DNA from: Mesotaenium endlicherianum
Lineage: Eukaryota
Length of the DNA: 64,000 nucleotides
Assembly (NCBI GenBank): GCA_009602735.1
Contig: WELA01002782.1
Location: 81,152 to 145,151, forward strand
Direction of reading: 5' to 3'
The translations under genes and the position numbers were made by a program. Of the stretch, positions 26,901-39,500 are shown one piece after another (within the stretch, counting starts at the first letter, position 1; every line of letters begins with the position of its first letter). The notes beneath the pieces are model-generated. The model was given only the letters and a program-made list of their open reading frames with translations, ran no database searches and had not been told where the DNA came from.

Positions 26901-29900
26901 GCCTCAGTGGGAGTCGAGGCTGCTAAAGGCGCTGGAGCAGCAGCGGGTGCTGCAGCTGTCCAACCTCGACTCTCTCCTCACGTCGTCTGCACTCCAAGTA
27001 TGTGGCATATTTATCCTCTTTGCCTGTGTCCAGGTTCTATTCAGCCAGGAGGCTGTCTCATGCCCCCAGGCTTCTCAGCCACAGCCTGTCGTGGCTCTCC
27101 ACCTCGTGGGTTGTGTAGCAACAGCTTGCGGTGATTTTTGAGAGAGCTCGCCAGACTATATGTGGAGGCATTCTAGATAGATACATGCTGCTCCAACTTC
27201 TCTGGCATGGGGACTGTTCTGCATTCAAGCCAATGTTGGTTGTCTCTGGCTTGGTTGTCCGAGGAAGGCTCGGTGACAGACAAGGGGGGGGCTCAGTGGT
27301 TCAATTTCTCTTTCTTATTTTGTGGGAAGAAGTTTGCAGCACGTGATGCTTCATTAGTAGCAGCCCTGAGCATATGCAGGTCTCTGAGCCCGCCTGCAAG
27401 CTCCTCGTGCGCTGCTCCCTGGGTGTGTTTGCTTTCCTTGTGCGTGTCGTTTGTTGCCACGTGGCCTGTGCACGCGCAGAATGCGCTGGACCAGGTGTGC
27501 TCGGGCGTGGTGGAGGCCCGCATCATCTCCCATCGAGCTGCGTGGCAGCCTGACAGCAGTAAGCCGTGCCCATGCTGCTGCCTCACCATATTTTTGAACC
27601 TCTACTTGCTCTTCATCCCTAGTGCCCCAGCCGGCAGCCTCTCCTTCCCTTTCCTCCCTTCAACCCCTCCCTTTCAGAAGGAGGACAACGGCTGTAGGAG
27701 CCCTGTGCTTGGTTTTAACTGCTCCAGCCTTACCTGCTCTTGGTTTTAGCTGCTCCAGCCTTACCTGCTCTTTTGGATGTGCACACTGCTAACTGCAAAG
27801 TGAGCACAGTTTCTGAGCGGGTCGCCATCTTCCCTTACGACTTAGTACCCAGTCCATTAGAGCTCTTGGGCAGCAGCTTGACGGGGTGTTTCTTGCAGCG
27901 TTGGGGCAGCTTGCACAGGAGCGAATCAGTTGCTCTACTACTTATGACTTGTCCGCTCCCATGTCTTCCCCGCCCCCACCGGCTGCCTGCGGCATTTATG
28001 AGTTAGAGACAGTTGGCTTACTACAGAACATGCAGGTCATTGGCTGCCACAATGGAACCAGGTGTGTCAGTGCTGCACACTTGCACGTAATACCACTCAA
28101 TCCTAGAAGTGATTTTTTTGGTTGAGGGCGTTTTGGACATCAACATTGAAATGACTTGTGCAGGCAGCGGCCTTGTGGTGTTCACCACCAGAGAAGTGGC
28201 TCGTCAGGCACTTCATACGTTTACCTCACAAGTGCTTGTCCTTACTTATACCAACAGGTACTAGTCCCCTGTTTGCCCCCCTCTCTCCCTTTCTTTCTTT
28301 TTGTGTGTAAATGTGTGTGTACGAAGCTTTGTCTGGTAAGTTTTGCTTGGGTGTGGTTTTATGTCTGCTCAAGCGGCCATGTGTGCGTGCGTGTGCTAGT
28401 GAGGGGGCAGCTTTTGCACTCCTTTTTTTTCTGTCTCCTCCACTGGTTCTTCAAGGAGGGCAAAGTTTTGGGCTTAAAGGTATTTGTCTGGAACAGGCCT
28501 TTTGCTTGCACTCGCCACCACAAGAAGCTCCTACACATTTTGGTTGTGTGCACGCTGTGTAATACTAGCATCAATATCCTGCTCTTTCATGGGCATCACC
28601 CCCTTATTTTGGATGTTGCGGCTCACATACGTCTGCCTGCATGGTTACGCCTTATGGAAGTATGCTCAAGTCAGTTTGTACGTTAGTTTGCTATATTCGC
28701 TACTTCAGAAGTGACTTAGTGCGCGTGGTAGGCCCTTTGATTTTCCCGTTTATTTTGCGCACTACGTCATATCTTTTCAGCTTTTGCTTATGTTGAAGGG
28801 CTTACGAGCTTCCATTAGAAGCTACACAAAGTGCGCGTAGTAGGCCCTTTGCATGTGCCGTATTTTTTGGAGTATGTACAGCGTCATATCTCATCAGCTT
28901 TTGCTTGTAATGAAGGGCTTACTAGCTTCCACTAGGAGGTACACGTTTGTAGCACACAAGAAGAGTATCTCCCGCCTTCGAAATAAAAAAAATTGAAAGT
29001 ATGGGGTGTGGAAGTCCGCTCAGTTTGTTGTACGCGATTTGTACGCAAGCATACTCATAGGGCACTTTTCATGTATTGGCGCAACCCCGCCTGCCTCTTG
29101 TCGCTCAAGTGCTTCTTCTCACTTAAGTGTATGCTTTTGAGCTATGTAAATTTGTCTCCACCTTGTTATGTAGGCTTGACCTCCTTTGACTATAGAAAGG
29201 TATTGTAGCATGAGTGTTTCTTCCAAGCTTTGTGAGCTATGATACTTGAGAAATGCCTGCACTAAGAGCCAATCTTTTCCGTGCGACTTGAAATGGCAGA
29301 GTGTGAGTTTTTGTGCTCATGCTCCGCTCTACAAAGAGTGGGTAGGCAAAAGTATGCAATAAGTATGTCTTTGGTTTTTGAAGCCGTGCATGGAGGCGAT
29401 CCATTTTTTGATTTTTTTGATTGCACCGACTAACAAGAAAGAGTTTTGGTTGTTGATCAGATTGTGTCTAGCTTGGCCTTGCGAGGTCCTACTAGTACGG
29501 CTGATTCGATAAGCATTCAACATTATGGGTGACCTAGTGCTGACCACATTACTCTTGACCATTTTGCAGCAAAAAAATGTTGCTCTTCAATTTTAACTGT
29601 CCATGTGCATAATTTAACCAATCTGTGTTCATGTAGGCCTTGTGTGGTAAAGTTAGCGACAGCTTTCCCCGTGAATAGTGACATTCATCACTATGGCGAC
29701 ATAGACCTCTCCAAGTTTTGCACAAGAAACCATATGGACTACGTGCGTAACTATTTCCTCTTCTCTTTTTGTTGTCGTTTCCTCAACCTCCTAATTCATT
29801 TTGTGTTTGGTTTTGGTGTTAATTAAATAATGTATTGGAGTATGCCCGTATGAATCGTGTACTCGACCTTCTCGAGGACGTCCATTGTTGGATGATGTTT

Positions 29901-31156
29901 ACGTTTTTTTTAAACGTACAAAGTTGATCTCGCCTTGAATAAGTGGTGGGTTTAATGATGGTAAATAGTATTCGTCAACTTGACAAATCTCCTCTCTTTA
30001 GCTTGTGCAATTAACTTTGAAGATTCTAATTTGTGTTGCGACATAATTAAAGCTTCCAAGTTAAGCAAGGTTAGTGAGTACACGCTTCAGCGCAATTACA
30101 GTGCACCCTCTTGCATTGCTTTCATAATTCTAAAGAAAATGATTTTTTTGATGTGCTTTGTTAGAGACCATGGCATGAATAATAGTTTTCATTGAGGCAT
30201 GTCGTCATAAAAATAGGAGGATGTTATGGTGAGATAAATCATTGAATAGTTAATTGTTTCAAACAAGACATGTCACAATGACAATGGGAGGATGTGGTGG
30301 TGGAGGCGGAGGATACAGAAACAGGATTTAAAAATGATGCCATGTTTGATACAATCTTTGTCCTCGTGATAACTTTAAGTGTATTGGTAAGATTGGAGTA
30401 AGACATGTTACACATTTTTTCCTTATGCACGTGCCAACATACAGCTATAATGTTCTAGTTTTTCCTCATGTTGAGTGTGTTGCAATATTACAGGAAGACA
30501 CGGTGGCAACATCTCATGCAGCACAGCCCAACACAATTGAGTTTGAGATGGGTACTCAATGGCGTAAGCTTCAACGACAACATGCCCTACAACTCTCCAT
30601 GCTTCTGAAGGTGAGTGCACCACCTAGTTAAGGAGTATGTATTTGGAGTCTTGGTATAATAAGTCACAACTACGTCTTGGCATTAGATGTGTAAGTTTTG
30701 AAATATGTGTGCAATATACTTTTCCAAGTTCTTATACAATTCGGCATACTATCAAAACAATCTGAAAATTGTTTTGAAGACAATTGGTTGGAAATGGTAC
30801 GAAAATCAAATTGCTACACCCTGTAAGTGTGAATATTTTACAATCGTCACATTTTTGGATCGCGATTGTGGAGATTTTTAAATTGTCAAAAATGCATGTC
30901 TTGTGAGTTGTTGCTTTTGAGTCATACTATAATATTCTTCTCAGTTATTTTGAAAATATGTGCAAGATCAATATTTCATATGAAGGTCGATGGACGAGAT
31001 ATGGAGCTTACGAGCACCTACAAACTTGAAATCTTGCATTGTCGTGGGCCAATTATATTGCTCAAGTTTTACTATTCAAATTTGTATTTTGTGTCTTGCT
31101 TTGAGTTGGAGATGCATGATGGGCAGGAACAAGAAATGGAAATGAGGGAGATATAG
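21541..31156 (+). CDS. ASI1: ANTI-SILENCING 1 (ASI1/IBM2/SG1)-like BAH-RRM protein
   Basis: Exons: 21541-21858 (BAH: FTLHDCVFL..YVGRIRDMFE..IRWFF..KEVYLAVG), 22131-22299 (VLCTYKDPRNPQP..ADYIY), 22679-26556, 26908-26997 (WESRL..VLQLSNLD, start of RRM), 27480-27558, 28164-28257 (GLVVFTTREVA), 29637-29742, 30494-30610 (VATSHAAQPNTIEFEMGTQW, the ASI1 C-terminal motif) and a tentative last exon 31127-31156. Confidence 0.82.
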
Positions 31157-34100
31157 CCCTTGCTTACGTCAAGAATTTGTCATCCTCTGCATCAAGTGCC
31201 ATCGCTTTTGGTTTGCATGTAGATGCAAGCAATGGCTGAAAGTTGTTGAGTGGCAAACCGTCTGACCCTAGAGAGATCGAAAGATGGTTGACTTGGGAGA
31301 AGGATGAAGTCAAAGAAGTGCCACTGGTTCGACCAATATATGCGAGACGTGACAAAAATTGGGGGGTTGGTAACTCCATTGTCGGCATAGTGACCAGTAC
31401 CACATTTCACAAAGTTAAATGGACAAAAAGACACGGCAATTCCTAGAGAAGATTTTGGTATGGTATTGTCCACAAAAAGTAACAACAAACAAAGACAAAT
31501 AAGATTAAGAGAGTTGATCTTTAGAAAAAATAGACAATCGAAAAATAAATTGAGAAGTCCAATGTATGTGCTCATTGTGATTGAGCCGGGAAGAGAGGAG
31601 TTAAAGAAGGTGTAAGTCTATGGTGAAGCTTTGTTATGAGAGAAAGTACTCCTTAGAAAGCAAAGGGTGATATTGGGAGGTAAAGTATATTGAGGTTGAC
31701 CAGGTAATATGAGTATAACTTTAGGTCATTTTAGAGAGATGGAGGGTGGGAGAACGAGTTGATGCCAATCGTTTGTGCCCCCTTGGCGCACATGCAAGCA
31801 AAGGCCGTCTTAACAGAGTTAGTATACACGCTCTAGGATACCAGACGGTTGGAGAGTGTACGTTGCTGGTTCATGGGGCCCAATAGAAGAGGCCTAGTAG
31901 GTTTCGCACGTTCGTTTGCTTGCTTTGACCGACTCCCTAGCGTGAGCTGGTGGGTGAGGGGGCCGAGTGAGTTTGGGCCCAATGGGGACAAGCAAGCTCG
32001 TGCACATGCTTATGATAGCTCGGTGTGACTTCAGCAGCGAGTGCGAGTAGGTGAGGGAGACCGAGGGATTAGAGGGACGACTAGGGCTCACAAGCTCGCT
32101 TGCTTGCTTGCAAAAGGTCTTCTTGTGTGTGTTAGCGGCAAAAGTTGGTGACTTCTTAAGGTTGAGTGGCTTCGGCGGAGCCAACGTATAAGATGCTCGT
32201 ATTACGCGATTAAGAGTGGGGTCATGTGCCCAAATATGAGGGACTTGGGAAGAAATGTGGGCTTCAAAGCGAGATGTCGAGGACTAAAGGCACAATTCTA
32301 GGTGAAGGTAGTCAACTCAAAGTGGACTTACATTAAGGGGGGTCTGAGCGCGAGGGGGGTTTGAGTAGGTGGAAAAGACGATCGGTGGCAACGACATACA
32401 TACTTGCTCTATTTAATGATAAGCATGCGAGAACAATCAAGCGTAGGCCAAAAAATGGTCTTCGGTCAGGTTTGTATGGGAAAATCAACACCTTATGCTA
32501 GGTGTGAAAATCAAGAGCTTGTTTCAAATTATGATCAATTCTTTAAAACTAATCAAGTGGAGAATGTTATTAGATTTCGATTATGCCAATTTAAGGAGGT
32601 ATTTTTCAACTTCAATGCAGGCACATATATAGAACAATGATCCAAATACACAAGAAGAAAACGTCATTTCCATATCCAAAGGCAAAAAGAAAGCTTGGTT
32701 CGACGCTCCGCAAGCGTAGAAATTTCATCACCACATCCAATCCCCACTCGTATTTGTTTAATTTAAATCTCAGAATGTGGAAGTGGTTAAAATTTTTCTT
32801 TCTTTCAATAATTTTCTCATTGACTGGTGAAGAGTGCGCTCCCTGGCTTAATAACGTTATGGTAGAATGATAATTTAAGAAATGACAATAAATAATGTGA
32901 AAACATATCCGTAGTTCTTTAAAGAGCACATAGTGGTCGTCAAAGATTTTCTTATATTTGGTTCCTTATGGGTTCATGTCTTTGTCACGAGCAAACAACG
33001 TTACTCTGATTTTAACACTTGGACACACATTCATAAAGTTGGCTTCATGTCAAAATGCGTTTCCTTTTTGGCCAATTTGACAATTTGGCAACACAATTCG
33101 AAGTCTAGTCTTGCCCTTCGCGATTGGTTGTCTTTACAGTGCAAAATCCGACCAATTGATGGCACATGGGTTTTCATGGACCACTAAAAAGCACAATATT
33201 ATTTCACATATACTAACAAAAAGATATCCACCACATCCAATGGGATTAGAAGGGGTGAACCTCGTACTACCAAAATGGCTGTGCCTCCTCTCTGTCCTCA
33301 AAGATGTCAAGACTTGAAAGCTGACGACACGTCCATCACTCCGTTTATTAGGGCGGTTTTTCAGATGTAAGAGTTCAAAATCCTAATTCATATGAAAACC
33401 TGGCCGTCCTAGAACTTCATCATCCATAAGATAATCAGACCGTATTTCGCACGTGGAACAGATTGTTGCTTTTGAGTAATAGTTTCACTTTTACCGCAAA
33501 CGTAGGTAAAGTAAAGGATTGCGGACAAATCTCAATGGAACGGAAGCCTTTACAGAGACGAATTTGTCATATTATTCACGCAATAATGCGCTTTGATTGC
33601 CCGATCTTCCCAAAGATTGCATGTGCATTCAAGCGCAGAATGAGGTGGAATTTTCCCACGAGGATTCATCTTCGCTTGTTCTACACCTGCTCTATGCTCC
33701 AGAGGTCCACTCAAGAAGCAAAAAAATGATCCACTCACGTCTTGTACCAATTGCAACAAATTTTGCTTTCTTGTTGGATTTGTTTCAGAATGTATATCAC
33801 AAACACAAATTGAGGTAGACTTGAGTAGATGCTTAGCAAGAGCCTATCGGTAAGTTGCAATTGTAAAATGAGAGTTGATGATGTGAATGAAGATGAAGTT
33901 CAAGATAGGCAAGTTTGCTTACTCGTCACAAGGTTCTTCTTGAAGTAGTGCAACTAGCGAGCAGTAAGAAGGGTTCACTGTTTGCCCATCCTTTGTCTCT
34001 AATTGAGGCAAGATTTTGTTGCAAGTCCAATTGAACGGGAGAGAATGTTCTGCACAATCTATCATATTGAGCTAAATTCAACGTCCAACGACAAAAAAAT

Positions 34101-35278
34101 TGACTTAATGTGTGTTATTACTTTTGAACGCATCTAATCCTGAATATTGCAAGAGCGTCCTAGTCCAACATCGTGCACCTGTGGAAGTGAATGTTGACGC
34201 TTACACGTAATTGTCAAATATATACTTACAATTTGATTGGTAGAGGAGACAAAAACATATACATATGGTTTTTTGTTTTATATTTTTTGAGTACGTCATT
34301 GCCACATGACTATTTCTATTTTAATCTATATATATCTTTAGGGAGATTATAAGATATAACATAGTGATGTAACATATAAATAACAAATAGGTATCTTGTC
34401 TTGAATATGTATATTGACATCATATGATGTCACTGTGATGACATCATATGGTGTTGTGAGACTCTTTGAAATCACCAAAAGTTGCATGATTAATAATTTG
34501 CATGCTTTGGAGATACATGTCATTAGTCACACTTTTGTTAAGCAATTGACTCGATGATGGTAGACTACTACACAATCACCAAACGGTCGTCTGCATGTAG
34601 GTGTCCGACAAGGTTACAACGTACGACGTACGAGTCCCAAACAATTAGTCAAATTAAATGACTTGATTGCGTATAATACTAAGCAAACTTGGATACGACT
34701 GAAGTAAAAAAACAAAATGATTGGAGGAGGTGAGTTAAGAGTTTGTATTTAAAGGATGGTGGACCTTCTTATTGGTGGTTTAGACCTTCAAGTCTCTCAA
34801 AAAATTCATTCCAAGTAATGTTGCACACATGTCGTACTATAAGGAGCACATTGAGATACATATTAAGTGTACTGTGCTCTAGCAAACTTAGCAAAGTAGA
34901 ATCTAGCGGACGTATCAAACTAAGGGTATTAATGTACGGCGTAATCTTGATATCCAATTTGTCTCCTACATAACACTTTTTACATAGGTGCCCTAGCAAG
35001 TATCTTGAAGTACTCAGCGCTTTATGTTGACAAGTATATATTTACTTGCACGGTCATTGTGAATGCAACTCTCACAAGTACCTCTTCTATCTTGGGTTTG
35101 CATCTTTGTCAATTCATACAGGTTATATTGAATACATTGCAAAAGTCTTCTTAGAACTAGTCAATTTCTTATATTGCTACAGTAATCTACATTTATTAAG
35201 GAAGCTTACAAAAACGTCGACTATAAAAAACTCATTGACATTTGATCATTTTTTGCATTCTTTGATTTTCACTAAGAA

Positions 35279-36423
35279 TGTCGTGCGTTACGAGGTCGAG
35301 TGCGCAACATAGGTATAAGCAACACATCATAAGCAAGTAGGCTTTGCTGCAATGAAGTCTATAATACATGTGGCTTTATAGCCAAAAAGGGAGTCAAGTC
35401 TAAAATGTTTTAATTAAGGAGTGTGTACTCTCCAGAGTGAGCACCTCAAGACTGTTATCTGGTAGGAAAACAACTAATGAAGTTTGGCCCAAAAGATCAC
35501 TAGAAGCACATCATGATCTTCAAGAGGAGTTCCATGCAAGGGATTAAGCTGTGACTTTGCTCACCACTTGTGAAGTTCTTCAAGTGACTGGAAGCCAGGA
35601 GGGCTTGCTCTTCACAAGAGAGTAACTAAGTGGTCCTGAAAACATAACACTTAAAAGTGTAAGCTTTACTGATAATCTCTGTTACTTACAGTTGGCGTAA
35701 TGGGACTTCTAAGAGGATATTCCTCTAGGGACATCTCTAGTACTTATACTCCTCAAAACCCGGCGTCGTATGCGGCGGATCCGATGTATGCGGTCACTCT
35801 AGGAGGCTCTCCAATGTCCACTGATGTGTACAAGGCATGTACTAGCACTCCTATAGGCTAAGCATAATTCAAACCAATCAAAGCAAAGCACGTGGAATAT
35901 GCTATGTGTCTCTCATTGGTGGAGCTTACCTTGGGTGATTCTACCTAGACAGCGCCTCAAAAGTGAATCTGGAACTTGAGGAAGCTTCCTCTAAGAGTAG
36001 GTGATGCAATCACCAAGTTATAGCCTCAATGATGCACTTATACTATGGAAATGCAAGATTAATGTAGTCTAAGGGACTTGCGGATTTGTGCGTACAAAGC
36101 TAGGGGTCCTTGGAGTCACGAATAGCCAACAATGTCACCTTTGGGTACATTGAGTCACAAGTTGGCCATTTGGTGTGATTCCGTTAGGGGCCAAACGGGA
36201 TGCGGACTAGATCGCGCCTATCTCGCTCGATACTTAACCAAATGACGCGAAACCGGTACCGTTTGGAAGATGCTTCGACGCGCTACACTTTGGTGACTTG
36301 GAAATCTAAATAAAATCAACATATAGACGCGTAAGGTCAATGCAAAGTCGGTCTTCCTAGGTTGCTGGTTCACACGAGTGTGTTCGGTTTTGTACGTCAA
36401 CCTCGACTCAATAAATCATGACA
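35279..36423 (-). repeat. Probable 3' LTR of the DNMT-carrying Gypsy (about 1145 bp)
   Basis: Inverted termini TGTCGTG...CATGACA. Lies downstream of the poly-G PPT. The partner LTR is not in the window. Confidence 0.65.
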
Positions 36424-36575
36424 GTTGTTGTACGTTACGAGGTCGAGTGCGCAACATAGGTATAAGCAACACATCATAAGCAAGCAGGCTTTGCTGCAAT
36501 GAAGTCTAGAACACATGTGGCTTTTTAGCCAAAAAGGGAGTCAAGTCTCAAATGTTTTAATTCCCCCCCCAGCTC

Positions 36576-39500
36576 TTAGCCTTTAGCTGATGGGCTGTGT
36601 ACGCTGCCTAAGGCTAGCTCAAAGCAGTCACCGCAAAACCAGTCTCCAGCTGGCACGCGAGCCAGCGGCGGGTCGAGGCAGCTGATGTGGAAGCCGAGAT
36701 TGCAACAGCTGTCGCAGAGCAGCATCTTGGCCTCCTGGCCAGGACTGTGGCAGATCTAGCACGCCCAGTCCTTGGGCGGGCGCGCGTCGCGGGGACGAAT
36801 CTGCAAGTCAAGGTTAGGAAGGTGGCATGGTCCACAGTCCTTCGTGTGGTCCTTGTGAAGACGGCCATCTGCGCCTTCCAGCTCCAGGACTCTGACGCCA
36901 AGACGCGCTTGACGCGCAGGATGACCGGCGAGCTGCTGGTGTCGAGGGTGTTCTTCGTCTGACGTCGCAGGTACACGAAGTCACCTGCGGAAAATTGCAA
37001 CACCCGCGGACGATACGCTCCTCCACGAGTCACGGCATACCTCAGCGTATCGCAATGCTGTGCGAAGCTGAGGTTGTCCATGGCCATGGGCATCAAGCGC
37101 TGGAATAGCTGCGCACTGTAATGAATCAGTTCATTATTTATTTAATTAATTACATGTATAAATACAACACTAAATAAGTACTGTGTCAATATACTCACAT
37201 GTGCGAGTTCATTTACATGAATGTATGTCGATATAATGCGAGTTTACTTACTATATCAAAAGGTCAGCAGGATGACTTTTATATCGTAGTGTAGTTTGCC
37301 GACTTTGATGAAAAGGGCAGCACGATGACTTTTGAATCATAGTATAGTTTGCTGAGATTTATATATCAGTTATGTATAGGATATAATATCAGTAGGTTGA
37401 CATATAGTAAGCTCGCTTAATATTAGTCAGTACACTTAGCTTCAGCACGCTGAGGATAGATATATTCATTCAGATTATTATTGTAGATTGGCACATGTGA
37501 TCGTAGTATATTGAAAGTCGAGAGGTTGACTGAGATTTGGTAAACCGATGGCCTACCAGGGTGGTTAACTCCTGGGTAGGCGGAGCCGTTGTCAGTCAAC
37601 TGAACAATTAGGACATCAGTCAACCGACCAATTAATATGGTCGTTATACCTAGATCCGTGGGTCCCATCTTAACGGGTTTCCCACAAAACGGCGCACCTT
37701 GCGCCGTGGTCAACCAAGTGGTCACTAGGTACATAGCAGGCTGGGATCTCGGGGTCCCACATTCTGGACAATCGGCTTTACAGTCGGATTTCTACTTGCA
37801 AGTCATGTGTGCACTTTTGGGGTTTGTTCTAATGACCAGCCTTTACATTAATTGACATGGCTGCTTTGTCTGTGCTTCAAATGGAACGAACTAGAACTTT
37901 TCAAAAAGGTCTCGTCAAGATGCATCCGATGCTGTTGAGTTTGCTCAATTTGGAGTAGTATTGACAGAGTTATGACCTCTGACATTTTGGGGTCACACAG
38001 CAGACAGATTCCATGGTTTTGCACCTAAGTCAGTGGGATGTGTTTTAGCTACTTTATGGTCATCTGAATGAGAGCGCCTTTGCTATTCAGTCCCTTGATG
38101 TTTGTGTATGTGCTTATACATGCTTGTATGCCTGGTAGGCAAGAGGCCGTGAGTTTCTAAAGGAGAAGCTCTAGTCCTCAAGCTCGCCTCTTTCTTGTGC
38201 CTTGTATTAGTGTGCAACTATGGCACACTACGGTAAGTGAGTCAAGGGTTATAGATGAGTAAACAGAATTCATTATAAGGGCAAAGATCGCTCCCCGATT
38301 TCACACGCTTCCACCTATCTTTGATCTTATATATTTAAACGATACATATTAATCTTGAATAAGCAAGATTCATTACACGCACGCTGCCCGATAAGAACGC
38401 TCCACGTCTCGGGACTGTCCAAGTCCAAGACGTTCTCGGCCACGGTCCTGGCTGCGACAGGCAGGACTGGCTGGCGGCCGTAGAGAAGGAAGTAGGGAGA
38501 GTGCGAGGCCAAGGAGGCCTGCTTATTGAACCTGTACCCCATAGCCAACCACGGGAGGGCGTCGTTCCAGTGGGTGCTGTCGTGGGCAAGGCAATACTTT
38601 CGCAACCCAAGCTTGACGATCTGCACCATGCGCTCTGCAAGGCCGTCAGCCTGAGGAGGTGCGGTGGTTGATCATAGAGCGCTCCAACGGCTTCTGAAAG
38701 CTGCCCTGGAACTCCTTGCCCTGGTTGGTCAGCACCTCAGCGCAGCCCCAAAACGGCTAAGGACCTGATCGAGGAAGGCCTGAGCGATCCCCTCACTGGC
38801 CTTGCTGGGCAAAGGCACAAGCTCAATCCACTTGGACATGTGCTCAATCATGTAGAGGTAGAGGTAGAGGTTGCCTCGGCGAGACTTGGGCAGCTCCCCA
38901 GCCAAGTCAAGCGACCACTTGTAGAACAGCCCCTGAATAGGGAGGGGGCTGAGAGCGACGGTGCGGGCTATGAAGCTCGAGCGCACACGGTCGCAGAGAG
39001 TGCAGCTGCTGACAACGTCGGCGACGACCTTAGTCATGCCAGACCACCAGTACTCGGCGTGACAAAGGCTGAGCGTGCGCTTGACACCGAAGTGTTCCAG
39101 TGCCTCGTGCACACGGCGCACCAGCTGGCTGCGTATAGCAGGCTCAGGAACCACCAGGACGGAGCCGTCCGCCATCACTCGGCGCACGCACCCCTCCATG
39201 AAGACGAAGTCGCGGCTGCGCTTGAGGACGCGCTCGCGCTCCCTCGGGGTGACGCCTGGAGCCATCACCTTAGAGGTGACATAATGCAACACTAAGGCGT
39301 CCTCCCAAACATCATCGGGCCCCCGCTGCCAGCTGTCCTGCTCCTCTGCTGCTGCCAATGCCAAGCGCCGCGTGTTGACAGTCACTATGGCCCGGCTCGT
39401 GAGCCCTGCGGGCCGCACCTTGCTGTCCACAGTGAAGGCCAGGAATGCCGCTGTGTGCCACACCACAGGCTCATCCTCGTCATGGCGCGCCATACTCAGG

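Noticed and set aside
28860..28905. Hammerhead ribozyme (CTGATGAG on the minus strand)
   Set aside because: No GAAA follows the putative stem II, and the sister repeat has CTGAAAAG.
31200..35270. Short ORFs in an AT-rich region (possible viral or TE relic)
   Set aside because: No recognisable motif and frequent stops in all frames. A translated search would be needed to say more.
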